Positions 39,099-49,243 of a stretch of DNA of 64,000 nt are shown here, piece by piece. The notes beneath the pieces were generated by a model. It did not search any database, was not told the origin of the DNA, and saw only the letters and a program-made list of their open reading frames with translations. The position numbers and the translations under genes are program-made. The DNA comes from an uncultured delta proteobacterium (GTDB lineage: Bacteria > Desulfobacterota > Binatia > Binatales > Binataceae): contig CAWCDG010000004.1 of the NCBI GenBank assembly GCA_963794325.1, positions 1,440,001 to 1,504,000 on the forward strand, read 5' to 3'. Positions within the stretch are counted from its first letter, which is position 1. Each line of letters begins with the position of its first letter.

Positions 39099-40313
39099 CT
39101 AGTGCGGCAGATGCGGCATCCCGCCGCCGCCCGTGCCGCTGTGCGAGCCGCTCGAAGAATGCGCCGCTGGGTTGCGCACTTCGTCGGTCACCACGCGATC
39201 GCCGGCCTGCACGTCCCCTTCGGCGACTTCGACCCAGGTTCCGTCGCTGAGGCCGGTGGTGATCGTGACCGGCGTGACCTTGCGACTCGCAAGAACCCAG
39301 ACCCGGGTCTGGCGGCCCGGCGTACCGTCAACCGCGGCGGAATCCGCGGGCGGCTGCCCGGCTGGGGCAAAACGCAACGCGTCGATCGGCACCCGCACGA
39401 CGTTGCCCTTCGACGCGGTGACGATGTTCACATTGGCAGTCATGCCGGGCTTCAGCAGCAGCTCCGGATTCTCGACGCTCACGACGACGTCGTAGGTCAC
39501 GACGTTCTGCACGGTGATCGGCGCCTGGCGAACCTGCGTCACCGAGCCCTCGAAATCGCGATCCGGAAACGCGTCGACGCGAAACGTTGCTTTCTGGCCG
39601 GCCTTGACGTAGCCGATATCCGACTCGCTGACGTTCGAATCAACCTGCATCTTGGTCAGGTCCTGCGCGATCAGAAACAGCGTCGGAGTCTGAAAGCTCG
39701 CAGCCACGGTTTGGCCGACGTCGACGTTGCGCGAGACGACGGTGCCGTCAACCGGCGAGACGATATTGGTGTAGTTCAGATTGACTTCGGCGGCCGCGAC
39801 GTTGGCGGTCTGCTGCTGAATATTGGCTTGATCGAGCTTGACCTGCGCGACGTCCATCTGCCACGCGCTGTATGCGGAATCGACCACGTCCTTGGACACG
39901 GCGTCGGCCTTGAAGAGCTCGAGGTTGCGCTGGTAGGTCACCTTCTTATAGTTGAGGTCGGCGGTGTCCTTGCCGAGTTGCGCTTTCGAGTTGGCCAGCG
40001 TCGCATGGGCGATATCGACGGTGACCTGGTACGGGCGCGGGTCGATTTTCGCAATCGATTGGCCCTTCTTCACCGGCGCGTTGTAGTCCGCATAGATCGC
40101 AGTGATCGGTCCCGAGACGTAAGTGCCGACCTGCACCGTGATGACCGGATTCACTGTTCCAGTCGCCGTGACCGAACGGACTATCGGCCCCTCAGTAACC
40201 TTGGCGGTAACGATTTTCGGCGCGGTGGTGCTGTCGGTAAGAAAATACCAGCTCGCTGCGATCGCGACGAAGCCAATCGCGAGCATCCAGGCGCTATTCT
40301 TCGAGAGTTTCAT
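39099..40313 (-). CDS. MacA-like periplasmic adaptor subunit
   Basis: VTATGTVNP, VGTYVSG, SPVDGTVVSRNVDVGQTVAAS, LKPGMTA; directly upstream of macB. Confidence 0.9.
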   Translation of the reverse strand: MKLSKNSAWMLAIGFVAIAASWYFLTDSTTAPKIVTAKVTEGPIVRSVTATGTVNPVITVQVGTYVSGPITAIYADYNAPVKKGQSIAKIDPRPYQVTVDIAHATLANSKAQLGKDTADLNYKKVTYQRNLELFKADAVSKDVVDSAYSAWQMDVAQVKLDQANIQQQTANVAAAEVNLNYTNIVSPVDGTVVSRNVDVGQTVAASFQTPTLFLIAQDLTKMQVDSNVSESDIGYVKAGQKATFRVDAFPDRDFEGSVTQVRQAPITVQNVVTYDVVVSVENPELLLKPGMTANVNIVTASKGNVVRVPIDALRFAPAGQPPADSAAVDGTPGRQTRVWVLASRKVTPVTITTGLSDGTWVEVAEGDVQAGDRVVTDEVRNPAAHSSSGSHSGTGGGGMPHLPH

Positions 40314-40421
40314 GGACGGTGCTCAATTATCATCCGGTCATTCATCGGTTTCCAGTAACCACCACCTGATAGACGTACCTCTGCCGTCGGGGTTTCGCGG
40401 CAGGAAGGGGGGAGAATTCCT

Positions 40422-41708
40422 TTACAATCGCGGAAGGATTGGGGGCCGGCGGGAGTCGGGCTTGGTCAGCAGCATCTGCACGTCGCCGATGTAGCGCTCG
40501 CGGAAGCCGGCCTCGCTGTAGCGGAGGTAGAACTCCCACATCCGGATGAATTCCTCGGGATAGCCGAGCGCGCGCACGCGATCGATGTTGTTGAACATCC
40601 GCAGGCGCCAGTGCTTGAGGGTCTCGGCGTAGTTCGGCGTGAGGTCTTCGAGATGGAACAGCCGCAGATCGCTCGAGCGCGTTAGCGAATCGCACAGCGC
40701 CGTGACCGACGGCAGAAAGCTGCCCGGGAAAATGTATTTCTTGATGAAATCGACGCGCTTGATTGCGGCCTCGTACTCGCGGTCCGTGATCGTGATCGCC
40801 TGCAGCAGCATCATGCCGTCGGGCTTCAGCAGTTCGCCGCATTTGCGGAAATATGAATCCAGAAACTGATGCCCGACCGCTTCGATCATCTCGATCGAGA
40901 CCGCCTTGTCGAACTGGCCGGTCAGGTCGCGGTAGTCTTTGAACAGCACCGTGATGCGCTCCGAGAGCCCCTCGGCGGCGATTCGTTTGACGGCGTGGTC
41001 GTGCTGCGCACGCGAGATCGTGGTGGTCGTCACGCGGCATCCGTAGTTTTTCGCCGCATGAATCGCGAACCCGCCCCATCCCGTGCCGATCTCGACGAGA
41101 TGATCGTGCGCACGCAGATCGAGCTTGCGGCAGATGCGATCGACCTTGGCCGTCGCGGCGTCCTCGAGGGTGGCGTCGGGGCGCTCGAAGATCGCGCACG
41201 AGTACATCATCAGATCGCGATCGAGAATCAGCTCGAAGAAATCGTTGCCGAGATCGTAGTGTGCCGCGATGTTGCGCTCGCTGCCGGTCCTGGTGTTGCG
41301 ATTGAGGTAGTGAATGAAGCGGCGGACCGGGTTGGCCAGGCGTGCGAGGCCGCTGTCGAGTCCTTCGGTCACGGCGCGGTTGCGAATCATGATTTGGACG
41401 AGTGCGGTTAAATCGTCGGTCGTCCACGAGCCGGCCATGTACGCCTCGCCGGCGCCCATGCTGCCCGCCGCTGCGAGGTCGGAATAAAAGCGGCGGTCGT
41501 GGACGTGGATGGTCGCGCGCAAGTGGGTGTCGGACAAATCCTGGCCAAACGGGATCCGCTCGCCGCCGTCTTCGACCACCAGCCTGCCGCTTTTGATTCC
41601 CGCCAGACGGCTTAGAACAGCGCCGCGCGCGAAACGATCGAGGAATGCCGGGCGCCGCGCGCGGGCCGCATCGACGCCGGACGCGACAATGGAATCAGAC
41701 TTGGGCAT
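40422..41708 (-). CDS. Cyclopropane-fatty-acyl-phospholipid synthase family SAM methyltransferase
   Basis: NIAAHYDLGNDFF, MMYSCA, EIGTGWG, SIEMIEAVG, YIFPG; start uncertain (41708 or 41777). Confidence 0.9.
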   Translation of the reverse strand: MPKSDSIVASGVDAARARRPAFLDRFARGAVLSRLAGIKSGRLVVEDGGERIPFGQDLSDTHLRATIHVHDRRFYSDLAAAGSMGAGEAYMAGSWTTDDLTALVQIMIRNRAVTEGLDSGLARLANPVRRFIHYLNRNTRTGSERNIAAHYDLGNDFFELILDRDLMMYSCAIFERPDATLEDAATAKVDRICRKLDLRAHDHLVEIGTGWGGFAIHAAKNYGCRVTTTTISRAQHDHAVKRIAAEGLSERITVLFKDYRDLTGQFDKAVSIEMIEAVGHQFLDSYFRKCGELLKPDGMMLLQAITITDREYEAAIKRVDFIKKYIFPGSFLPSVTALCDSLTRSSDLRLFHLEDLTPNYAETLKHWRLRMFNNIDRVRALGYPEEFIRMWEFYLRYSEAGFRERYIGDVQMLLTKPDSRRPPILPRL

Positions 41709-41817
41709 CGAGAGAGTCCACCATGTGACCCGTCCCCGATGGGACAGCACCGCATCGAATACACGTGGTCGCATCATGGTGCAAGTGCGGAAGGAGGGGA
41801 GTGGGAGAAGAACTAAT

Positions 41818-41941
41818 TAAATGTGAAACCCTTCGCGGGTTTCACGCTTCCGCGGCAGGGGTGACCTCCTTCGGCAAGGCTCAGGACAGGCTCTGCACCC
41901 AGTATTAAGAAAAGATGCGGGACTTCGTCCCTGTTAGAACT
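41818..41941 (+). repeat. Repeat family A, copy 3, with a 23-nt insert
   Basis: GTGAAACCC-n-GGGTTTCAC hairpin, core interrupted by CCTTCGGCAAGGCTCAGGACAGG (41868-41890), tail AAAGATGCGGGACTTCGTCCCTGTTAGAAC. Confidence 0.85.
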
Positions 41942-41961
41942 TTTTGGGGCGGAGGGATTCT

Positions 41962-42182
41962 ACCTCCCCTTGTCCGAGGGGAGGTCGGCGCGCGCCGAAG
42001 GAGTGCGACGGGAGGGGTGCAGCGCCAAGCCCTCGCAACAATGCCCGTTGTGCTGCTGTCGAGCGGCGAACTGGTTTCTCAGCTTCGAGGTTAAACGAGT
42101 CGAAGTTGGTGGGGTGTCGCACGTTGCACCACACCCGCGCTCACCTTCGGCTCGCGCGACCTCTCCTCGGACAAGGAGAGGT
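41962..42182. repeat. Inverted pair of family B hairpins
   Basis: ACCTCCCCTTGTCCGAGGGGAGGT and ACCTCTCCTCGGACAAGGAGAGGT are near reverse complements. Confidence 0.8.
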
Positions 42183-42201
42183 TAGGATCGGTCGGAACGA
42201 A

Positions 42202-43293
42202 CTAGGGCGTGGGCGTGGGCTCCGGTTCGGTGACTCCTGCGCTATGCGGTGCCAGGTCCGGGAGCGACGGGATTATTCGGCGGCTGGCTTCGATGCTCTC
42301 TCGCGCGTATGCGATTGCAGGGGTGGCCGAAATCGCGCGGGGCTTTGCCGCAACCAGGTCTTCCTCGAGTAGTTCGGGCGGGACCTGGCGGAGGTCCCAT
42401 ATTATCCCGCAGGCCTCGAGCAGTTTGAGGGTGTAATACGTGATGTCGATTTCCCACCAGAAAAATCCGTTGCGCGCGGCTGCCGGGTAGTGATGGTGAT
42501 TGTTGTGCCATCCTTCGCCGAGCGTGACCATCGCGAGTGTGAAACTGTTGCGGCTGTCGTCGTTGGTCTCATAGCGGCGGCGGCCGAAGACGTGCGCGAG
42601 CGAGTTGATCGTGAAGGTACCGTGCGCGAGGACGACGGTCGAAATGAAAAATCCCCAGATAAGCATCTGCGCGCCGGTCGTGTGCAGGCCTGGTGCGTGA
42701 CGCTGGAGGAACGAACCCAGCCCGAACATCGCGAAGCCGAGAATCGTCGGGACCAGAATGTCGAAGCGATCGAGAAAAATCAGCTCGGGAAACTTCGCGA
42801 GATCGCGGACCACGCGCAGCTCCGAGCGAAAGTTGGCCTCGGACGTGATCCATCCGATGTGACTCCAGATGAAACCCTGCTGACCCGGCGAATGAACATC
42901 GGTCGGCTCGTCGGAACGTTGATGATGCAGCCGATGATGCGACGCCCACCATAGCGCGCCGCGCTGCACCGCAGTCGCGCCGATCGCGGCGAAGATGAAT
43001 TGGCCGATGCGCGAAGTCTTGAACGAGCGATGAGAAAAATAGCGATGGTAGAATCCGGTGATCGCAAACATTCGGATGAAATACATCGCGATGGCGACAC
43101 CGACTGCGATCGGACTCCATCCGACCCAGATCACGCCGAGGCACATTAGATGAACGACGACGAACGGGATGCATCGAAACCAATCGGTCTTCTGCGGTGC
43201 GTCGGGATCGGGAGGGCCGCCGGCCGAAGTATCAAACCATCGCGCGATCGCAATTAGAAACCTGCGGGATTTTCCCGCCGTCGCTGACGTCAT
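42202..43293 (-). CDS. Acyl-CoA (delta-9-like) fatty acid desaturase
   Basis: His boxes HRYFSH, HRLHH, HNNHH; GEGWHNNHH; WWEIDITY. Confidence 0.92.
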   Translation of the reverse strand: MTSATAGKSRRFLIAIARWFDTSAGGPPDPDAPQKTDWFRCIPFVVVHLMCLGVIWVGWSPIAVGVAIAMYFIRMFAITGFYHRYFSHRSFKTSRIGQFIFAAIGATAVQRGALWWASHHRLHHQRSDEPTDVHSPGQQGFIWSHIGWITSEANFRSELRVVRDLAKFPELIFLDRFDILVPTILGFAMFGLGSFLQRHAPGLHTTGAQMLIWGFFISTVVLAHGTFTINSLAHVFGRRRYETNDDSRNSFTLAMVTLGEGWHNNHHHYPAAARNGFFWWEIDITYYTLKLLEACGIIWDLRQVPPELLEEDLVAAKPRAISATPAIAYARESIEASRRIIPSLPDLAPHSAGVTEPEPTPTP

Positions 43294-43386
43294 TCTATCT
43301 CCCCACCCATGCGCGGTAAGCCCAGCCGCATGGCGTAGTCATAATGCCCAGATTTGCGTTTGTATGTTAACAGGCACCAGAACGCG

Positions 43387-44259
43387 TCACTTGGCGGGCG
43401 TAAGCATCTCGATCTCGTCGAACCGCGCGTAGTCGACGCTTCGGCTGCCGTCGGGGTGGAGCACCAGCACGTCCGCAAAGCGTGCGCCCCAGACGATCTC
43501 GTCAAGTTCGTAGGTATGTCGGGCGTGGACAGTCTGTGAGAACGTCTCGTCGAGTCCAATGATAGACACGATGATCTCGGCTGCGCAATTGGCGAGAGAT
43601 TCGTGGGTCTGGCCGAACAGCGGCGTGCCCTCGACGATCTGATGGACCGCGGTCCACGACAACGCGAACATCGCGCTGCGGCCGCGCGTCATCGGAAGAT
43701 CGTACAGGCGCCGAATCGTGTCGCCTTCGGCGGTGACTTCCTGGCGCGCGAGCACGACGTGAATATCGGCCTCGACGATCCGGTTCGCGCGCAAGTTGGC
43801 GGCACGGATCATCAGGCTGTTAACGCCGTCGCGCGGACTGATCACCACGCAGCGGGTGAATCTCACTCGGGCGGTCGGCCGCGAGAACTTCGAGAAAACC
43901 AGTCCGGTCATGAGCGCGAGCGCGAGCAGTCCGGTGAGCGCCTCGACTGAGACCAGGATGTTCGAGAAGATCGTGACCGGCTCCATCTTGCCGTATCCGA
44001 TCGTCGCCATGGTCTGGACGCTGAAAAAAAACATGTCGGCGAACGAGCCGGAACGCGCGTTCTCGATTCCCTGATCGAGGTAATAGCCGAGGGCAAAGAG
44101 CAGGTTGGCGATGGTGAAGGCGGCGGCGATCAAACCAATCAGCGCGGGCCACGAAGACGTCACGAGGAAGTGATAGAGATCCTCGAAGACGCTGGTGGGT
44201 GCGCCGCGAATCACGCGGTCGCCCTTGAGGCTGCCAATCTGCACTGTTCGCTTCGCCAT
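43387..44259 (-). CDS. Inward-rectifier potassium channel (KirBac-like)
   Basis: DLYH..SW, FFFSVQTMATIGYG selectivity filter, FSRPTAR, GLDETFSQTVHAR. Confidence 0.92.
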   Translation of the reverse strand: MAKRTVQIGSLKGDRVIRGAPTSVFEDLYHFLVTSSWPALIGLIAAAFTIANLLFALGYYLDQGIENARSGSFADMFFFSVQTMATIGYGKMEPVTIFSNILVSVEALTGLLALALMTGLVFSKFSRPTARVRFTRCVVISPRDGVNSLMIRAANLRANRIVEADIHVVLARQEVTAEGDTIRRLYDLPMTRGRSAMFALSWTAVHQIVEGTPLFGQTHESLANCAAEIIVSIIGLDETFSQTVHARHTYELDEIVWGARFADVLVLHPDGSRSVDYARFDEIEMLTPAK

Positions 44260-44470
44260 CGCGGTGGAATATAGCGGAGCACGCGTCGCGCAGTCAGCAG
44301 GGGGAAGCCTGCGATTCGCGGCGGCGGGTCGCGAAGTGCTACCTTGCGTGCGGAAGATGGCGGGACCTGGTTTCAGTGGGGCGGGCCGCCGCGCCCGCCA
44401 TCTCTCCTCGAGGTTGCGGTCACGCGCTGCGATACTCTGTAGTGCGGCAGGCGTCTGCGGTAGAAGTAAA

Positions 44471-45851
44471 ATGAGTCACTCATCGGTAGGCGTGGGCGCG
44501 GACGCCCGCGCGTCGACGGCGGGCACGGCGGCCCGCCCCACTATAAAAGTCAGGCTTCAGATAATTTTGTTCTTGTTCTCGCTGGCGGTGTTCCTGGCGG
44601 CGCCAGTCGTCGAGGTTTCCGATTCCCGATACACGGCTCTCCTGAGCGAGAGCTTGTTGCACCATCGGACGCCCAACCTGGACGAGCACTACAGGGTGCC
44701 GGTGCCGTGGATCACTGGAGACACTGCTGATCCTAAAGACGCGAACGAATACCAACTGGTCAAGGCGCGCGGCCACGTGACGTATTTCTTCGGGCACGGC
44801 AGCTCGATGCTGTCGATGCCGCTGGTAGCGGCGATGAACGCGGTCGGGATCTCGGCGGCGACGCAGGACGGACGCTTGAACCTGGCCGGTGAGATTCGAA
44901 TCCAGCGCGTGATCGCATCAGTCCTGATGGCGGCGCTGACCTGCGTTTTTTTCGCGATGGCGCAGATGATGCTGCCGCTGACCTGGAGTGCGGTGGTCGC
45001 GCTCGGCGCGTCGCTGGGATCGCAGATCTTGAGCACTGCGAGCTCGCGGCCTGTGGGCGCATACCTGGGAGATCTTCCTGGTCGGGTTGATAGCGCATTC
45101 GATACTCAGCAGCGAGCATCGCGCCGCGCGACTCCGACCCGTGTGGCTGGCGACCCTGGTGGCATGGACCTACTACGTGCGGCCGACGGGAGCGATACCG
45201 ATAGTGCTCGTCAGCATTTACGTATTTTGGGTTCATCGCGAGGACTTGGTCGTGTCCGGCTGCGTACTCGCAGGATGGTTGGCGGCGTTTGTCGGATACT
45301 CGTGGACGATATTCGGCACGATCATTCCACCTTACTACTCAGCCTCGCGGCTGAAATTGTATGACCTGATAGTGCCGCTGGCCGGCAACCTGATTAGTCC
45401 ATCGCGAGGACTGCTGGTATATGTGCCGACCACGATCTTCGCGGTGTACCTGGCAGTGCGCTATCGCAAGGGTCTGGCGTACAAGCCGCTCGCAGTTCTG
45501 GCATTCGCCGAGATCATCGCGCTCGAGATCGTAATGTGCACTAACAAGGACTGGACGGGGGGATTTTGTTACGGGCCGCGATTTTTCACCGATGCAATCC
45601 CTTGGTTCGTGCTGCTTGCGATTCTCGGCCTGGATGCGATGCGCCGCGCGCCCGGCAGGTTGGGTCATCGGAGGGAAATTGTGGCGGCGATTTTCCTGCT
45701 GCTGGTGAGCGTCGCGATGAACGCGCGTGGTGCCTGGTCTTATGAAGCCCTCGATTGGAGTCTAGGCCCCTTCCATGCGCGTTCCCCCAGCATCTTCGAC
45801 TGGCGCTATCCGCAATTCATGGCGGGACTGATCGAGCCGCCGAAGAACTGA
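44471..45851 (+). CDS. Polytopic membrane protein (possible GT-C-fold glycosyltransferase) with an apparent frameshift near 45044
   Basis: Two hydrophobic ORFs join as ASRGLWAHTWE if one base is removed; SDS, VRPT, SPSRGLL and WTGGFCYGPRF motifs. Confidence 0.65.
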
Positions 45852-45860
45852 CCTCGGCGG

Positions 45861-46805
45861 TTACCGCGCGAAGGCTACCCTCAATGCGTCGGCGGCCTGG
45901 CGCTGGCCTTCTTTGCCTTTGTCGAGACCGTCGGCGAAGCTGACGAAGCCGTGGGTGACGCCTTCATAGCGGGTGCAGGTGGTTTTGACGCCGGCGGCTA
46001 TCAGGCGCTCGGCGAATCGCTCGCCCTCGTCGCGCAGCGGATCGTGGCTGGCGGTCAGCACGAGCGCGGGCGGCAGGTTCTTCAGATCCTTTGCGCGAAA
46101 CGGGCATGCGTAAGGATTATTTTTTTCAGCGCTCGTATCGCAATAATTTTTCCAGAACCATTCCATGTCGGCGCGTGACAGGACGTAACCGTCGGCGGCG
46201 AATTCCTTTTGCGAAGGAGTGTCGAGCGCGCAATCGGTGACCGGATACATGAGCAACTGAAAGTTGATACCGGGACCGCCTCGATCGCGCGCCATCATCG
46301 AGACTACCGCCGCCAGGTTTCCACCGGCACTGTCGCCGCCGACTGCGAGGCGCGAGCCGTCCGCGCCGAGCGAGGCCGCATTTTCGGCAACCCACTTGGT
46401 CGCGGCGTAGCAATCTTCGGCGCCGGCCGGAAAAACGTGCTCCGGCGCGAGCCGGTAGTCGACCGACACGATGACGCATCCCGCCTGATTCGCAAGCGCG
46501 CGGCATACCCGGTCGTGGCTTTCGAGATCGCCGAGCACCCATCCGCCGCCGTGGAAATAAACCAGCACGCCCATCGGCGGATTTCCCTCGGGCGTATAAA
46601 CTCGCGCGGCGATATTACCGTCGGCACCCGTGATGTGCCGATCCTCGACGCGATAGATGGCAGGCGGCGGAATCGGATTCGCTTCGAGCAGCGCGCGCAT
46701 CTTGGCCCGCGCCTGCTCGGCGGTCTCCGCGCGCAGGAACATCGGGCCCGCGGCATTGAACACATCGAGCATTATCTTCATCTGGGGATCGAGGTCTTTA
46801 GGCAT
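45861..46805 (-). CDS. HSL-family esterase/lipase
   Basis: HGGGW, DYRLAPEH, GDSAGGNL, DPLRDEG, HGF. Confidence 0.93.
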   Translation of the reverse strand: MPKDLDPQMKIMLDVFNAAGPMFLRAETAEQARAKMRALLEANPIPPPAIYRVEDRHITGADGNIAARVYTPEGNPPMGVLVYFHGGGWVLGDLESHDRVCRALANQAGCVIVSVDYRLAPEHVFPAGAEDCYAATKWVAENAASLGADGSRLAVGGDSAGGNLAAVVSMMARDRGGPGINFQLLMYPVTDCALDTPSQKEFAADGYVLSRADMEWFWKNYCDTSAEKNNPYACPFRAKDLKNLPPALVLTASHDPLRDEGERFAERLIAAGVKTTCTRYEGVTHGFVSFADGLDKGKEGQRQAADALRVAFAR

Positions 46806-46863
46806 GCGAGATCATTAGGTGAGGAGAGTCGAAGAGGCAAGCGGTAACGCGGCGCGGGAATCG

Positions 46864-47125
46864 AATGCGAGGCTGCGCGCCCCGCGCCCGCGGCAGGGGT
46901 GACCCCTGCACCCAGTATTCGGAAACGAAAGATGCGGGACTTCGTCCCTGTTAGAACTATTTCGGGAAGAACGATCGAGGTGCATCTGCGCCGCTGGACA
47001 CGAGCACGCTTCGCGTCCTCGCGCCCAAAACCTCCTAACAGGGCGTCAGCCCGCATCTTTTTCTTTCTTAATACTGGGTGCAGGGGTCACCCCTGCCGCG
47101 GGTGCGGGGCGCGCAGCCCCGCATT
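46864..47125. repeat. Inverted doublet of repeat family A (copies 4 and 5), REPIN/MITE-like
   Basis: Imperfect arms of about 90 bp (46864-46954 and 47035-47125), each with GCAGGGGTGACCCCTGCACCCAGTATT. Confidence 0.88.
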
Positions 47126-47872
47126 TCAATTCTCGAATTTGTGGAAGTCGGCGCGCCAGTGGGCGCGGAACCAGGGATCGCCGTCGCGCGAGCCGAATAC
47201 GTCGGCGCTCACCAGCATGTCATTGCCGGCGATACGACAGTCGAGATTGGTGATCTCGTCAACCGCAAAGGTCGGCGAGAAACCATCCATACGCGTTTTG
47301 TACTCGTTGAAGTCCAACCGCGAGCGCATCGTGGCGTAGCCGCGCCCGTCGGTCGAGATTGGCACGACCTGGCCGCGCGGATTGATAATCTTGTCGCTCG
47401 GCTCGACGCCGGTTTCTGTGAACGTGAGCTTGAACGGTTGATTGCCAACGCGCTGGTAGCAGAGACGATAAGTCTTTGGCGTCCAGAAACCGATTTTATG
47501 TGCGCCCGGCTCGCTCCTGATCCAATCGAGCTGACTAACCTCTCCCTGCCAGCATCCGCGGAACACTGCGGGCAGGGCCGGCGCTGCCTGCGCCGTCATC
47601 GGCGCGACGTTCACCGGCGGCGGTGGCGGTGCCGCGGGTTGAGGTTGCGCCGGCGCGGGCTTGTTCCAATTCGGCAGCAGTTGAATCGTGTTGCCGCCAT
47701 CACCGTTCGACGGCGCCAACCTGATTAGCGGCGGCTGACTCGGTGGAATATACGGTTGATTCTGATTCGAAGGTGCCGGAACCTCCATCGTGCTTTGCGC
47801 GCGAACGGATCGCGTAGCAATCGAAGCCAGTCCGCATAGAAGGGTGCACAATATAAGGATACGGGTTCGCAT
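47126..47872 (-). CDS. Hypothetical exported protein with a Pro-rich linker
   Basis: Signal peptide ending VRA; Pro/Gln-rich stretch, then a Cys-containing domain; alternative start 47890. Confidence 0.7.
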   Translation of the reverse strand: MRTRILILCTLLCGLASIATRSVRAQSTMEVPAPSNQNQPYIPPSQPPLIRLAPSNGDGGNTIQLLPNWNKPAPAQPQPAAPPPPPVNVAPMTAQAAPALPAVFRGCWQGEVSQLDWIRSEPGAHKIGFWTPKTYRLCYQRVGNQPFKLTFTETGVEPSDKIINPRGQVVPISTDGRGYATMRSRLDFNEYKTRMDGFSPTFAVDEITNLDCRIAGNDMLVSADVFGSRDGDPWFRAHWRADFHKFEN

Positions 47873-48042
47873 CGAGCGGCTCAGTTCCATTCTATTATAT
47901 ACGAAGCATATTCAGTGCCGCTTCATTCGGCAGATCGATGCGTAGATTGACCCCGTCGCGACGGCTACGATCAGAAAAAGATCCAACGGAGCGCGGCAAT
48001 ATTGCTCAAAAAATCCGCGCGCGACAACGGAGCGCGGCCTGA

Positions 48043-48750
48043 ATGCTTGAAAAGAATCAAACCATAGATTTCGAAGCGGCGTGGGCTGTCAGCCAAGCGC
48101 CCGCGACCGGACGGCGCGCCCAGGCGCATCGATTGGCCAACGCGATGCGGCGGGTTATCGACCATCTGGTGCAAGTTGCGGCGCCAGAAGAAGATCTGTC
48201 GGCTGCGGCCGACGCCCTCGAGCGCTACGCGAAACGGTTGTCGAAGTATCCGATTTCGCGCAGTTACGAGGGGTTTGCCGAAAGCGCCAACGCCGGCGAT
48301 CCGCATGCGTTTTTCGATCACAGCCCGCTGATTGGAATCTCGAATCCGCTCGCGCCGCCGATTCGGCTCGCGGTGATCGGCGACAAGGTCGAAGGGCGCG
48401 GTACGTTCGGCGTCGCGTATGAAGGCCCGCCGGGACATGTGCACGGCGGGTTTCTCGCCGCCGCGTTCGACGAAGTGCTCGGGATGGCGCAGTCGCTGAC
48501 CGGCAATCCCGGGATGACCGGGACGCTGACGATTCGCTACCGGCGCCCGACCCCGCTGCTGACCGAGCTGGTCTTCGAGGCATACGTCGATCGCGTCGAG
48601 GGCCGGAAGATCTTCACGCACGGAACATTGTCGGCCAACGGCGTGTTGACGGCGGAAGCCGAGGGACTGTTCATCGCAGTCGGGCAGGAGCGTTTCGCCG
48701 CGATGGCCGCGATGGTGACGGAGCGCGCGAACCCGCCGCCAAAAAAATAA
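48043..48750 (+). CDS. PaaI-family thioesterase (hotdog fold)
   Basis: NPLAPP, YEGPPGHVHGGFLAAAFDEVLG, LTIRYRRPTPL. Confidence 0.88.
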   Translation: MLEKNQTIDFEAAWAVSQAPATGRRAQAHRLANAMRRVIDHLVQVAAPEEDLSAAADALERYAKRLSKYPISRSYEGFAESANAGDPHAFFDHSPLIGISNPLAPPIRLAVIGDKVEGRGTFGVAYEGPPGHVHGGFLAAAFDEVLGMAQSLTGNPGMTGTLTIRYRRPTPLLTELVFEAYVDRVEGRKIFTHGTLSANGVLTAEAEGLFIAVGQERFAAMAAMVTERANPPPKK

Positions 48751-48777
48751 GACCTTCTGCGCGGCAATACACTTTAT

Positions 48778-48884
48778 TTAATGTGAAACCCGCGGTGGGT
48801 TTCACGTTTTTCACGTTCCTTCGGCAGGGGTGACCCCTGCACCCGGTGTAGTCGCGAAACGTTGAGGACAACCTTTCGCTCTGA
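48778..48884 (+). repeat. Repeat family A, copy 6
   Basis: GTGAAACCC-n-GGGTTTCAC hairpin, core at 48824-48840, tail GTTGAGGACAACCTTTCGCTCT. Confidence 0.85.
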
Positions 48885-49243
48885 TGGTCAGCTGTCTGCC
48901 TAAAAACCGTCCTGTTACAGTGTAAGTTATCAGGCCTTCGATTCGGGTAGTTCTTACGCGCGAAATCTGACGTGTTATCAGGCTTATTCCCGGACCACCC
49001 GGCGAGTCTGAACATTCTTCCAATCGATAGGGTTCCAGATTCGCGGTGGTCCGATTCGAAACCCGCTGAATCCAAGTACTTTTCATTTTCATTGTGGCAG
49101 CGCTCTTGCTGCATCACAGTCGCGCTTTCCACTTTGGCGATCGGTAGAGATCGCTAATCCTGCTGAGTGAACGCGTCGGCGATATCAGAGGCCCATTTTA
49201 TCGCCGTGATTTCATTTATTGGGTCAAAATGTGAGGTAACGAT

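Noticed and set aside
37648-41427. Long overlapping ORFs (37648-38913, 38799-40358, 40342-41427) and similar shadows elsewhere
   Set aside because: Antisense or off-frame shadows of well-supported genes, typical of high-GC DNA; Arg/Ala-rich with no motifs
41990-42060. DUF1365 remnant (LLRGLGAAPLPSHSFG) between the desaturase and cfa genes
   Set aside because: Falls inside the family B repeat; similarity too weak
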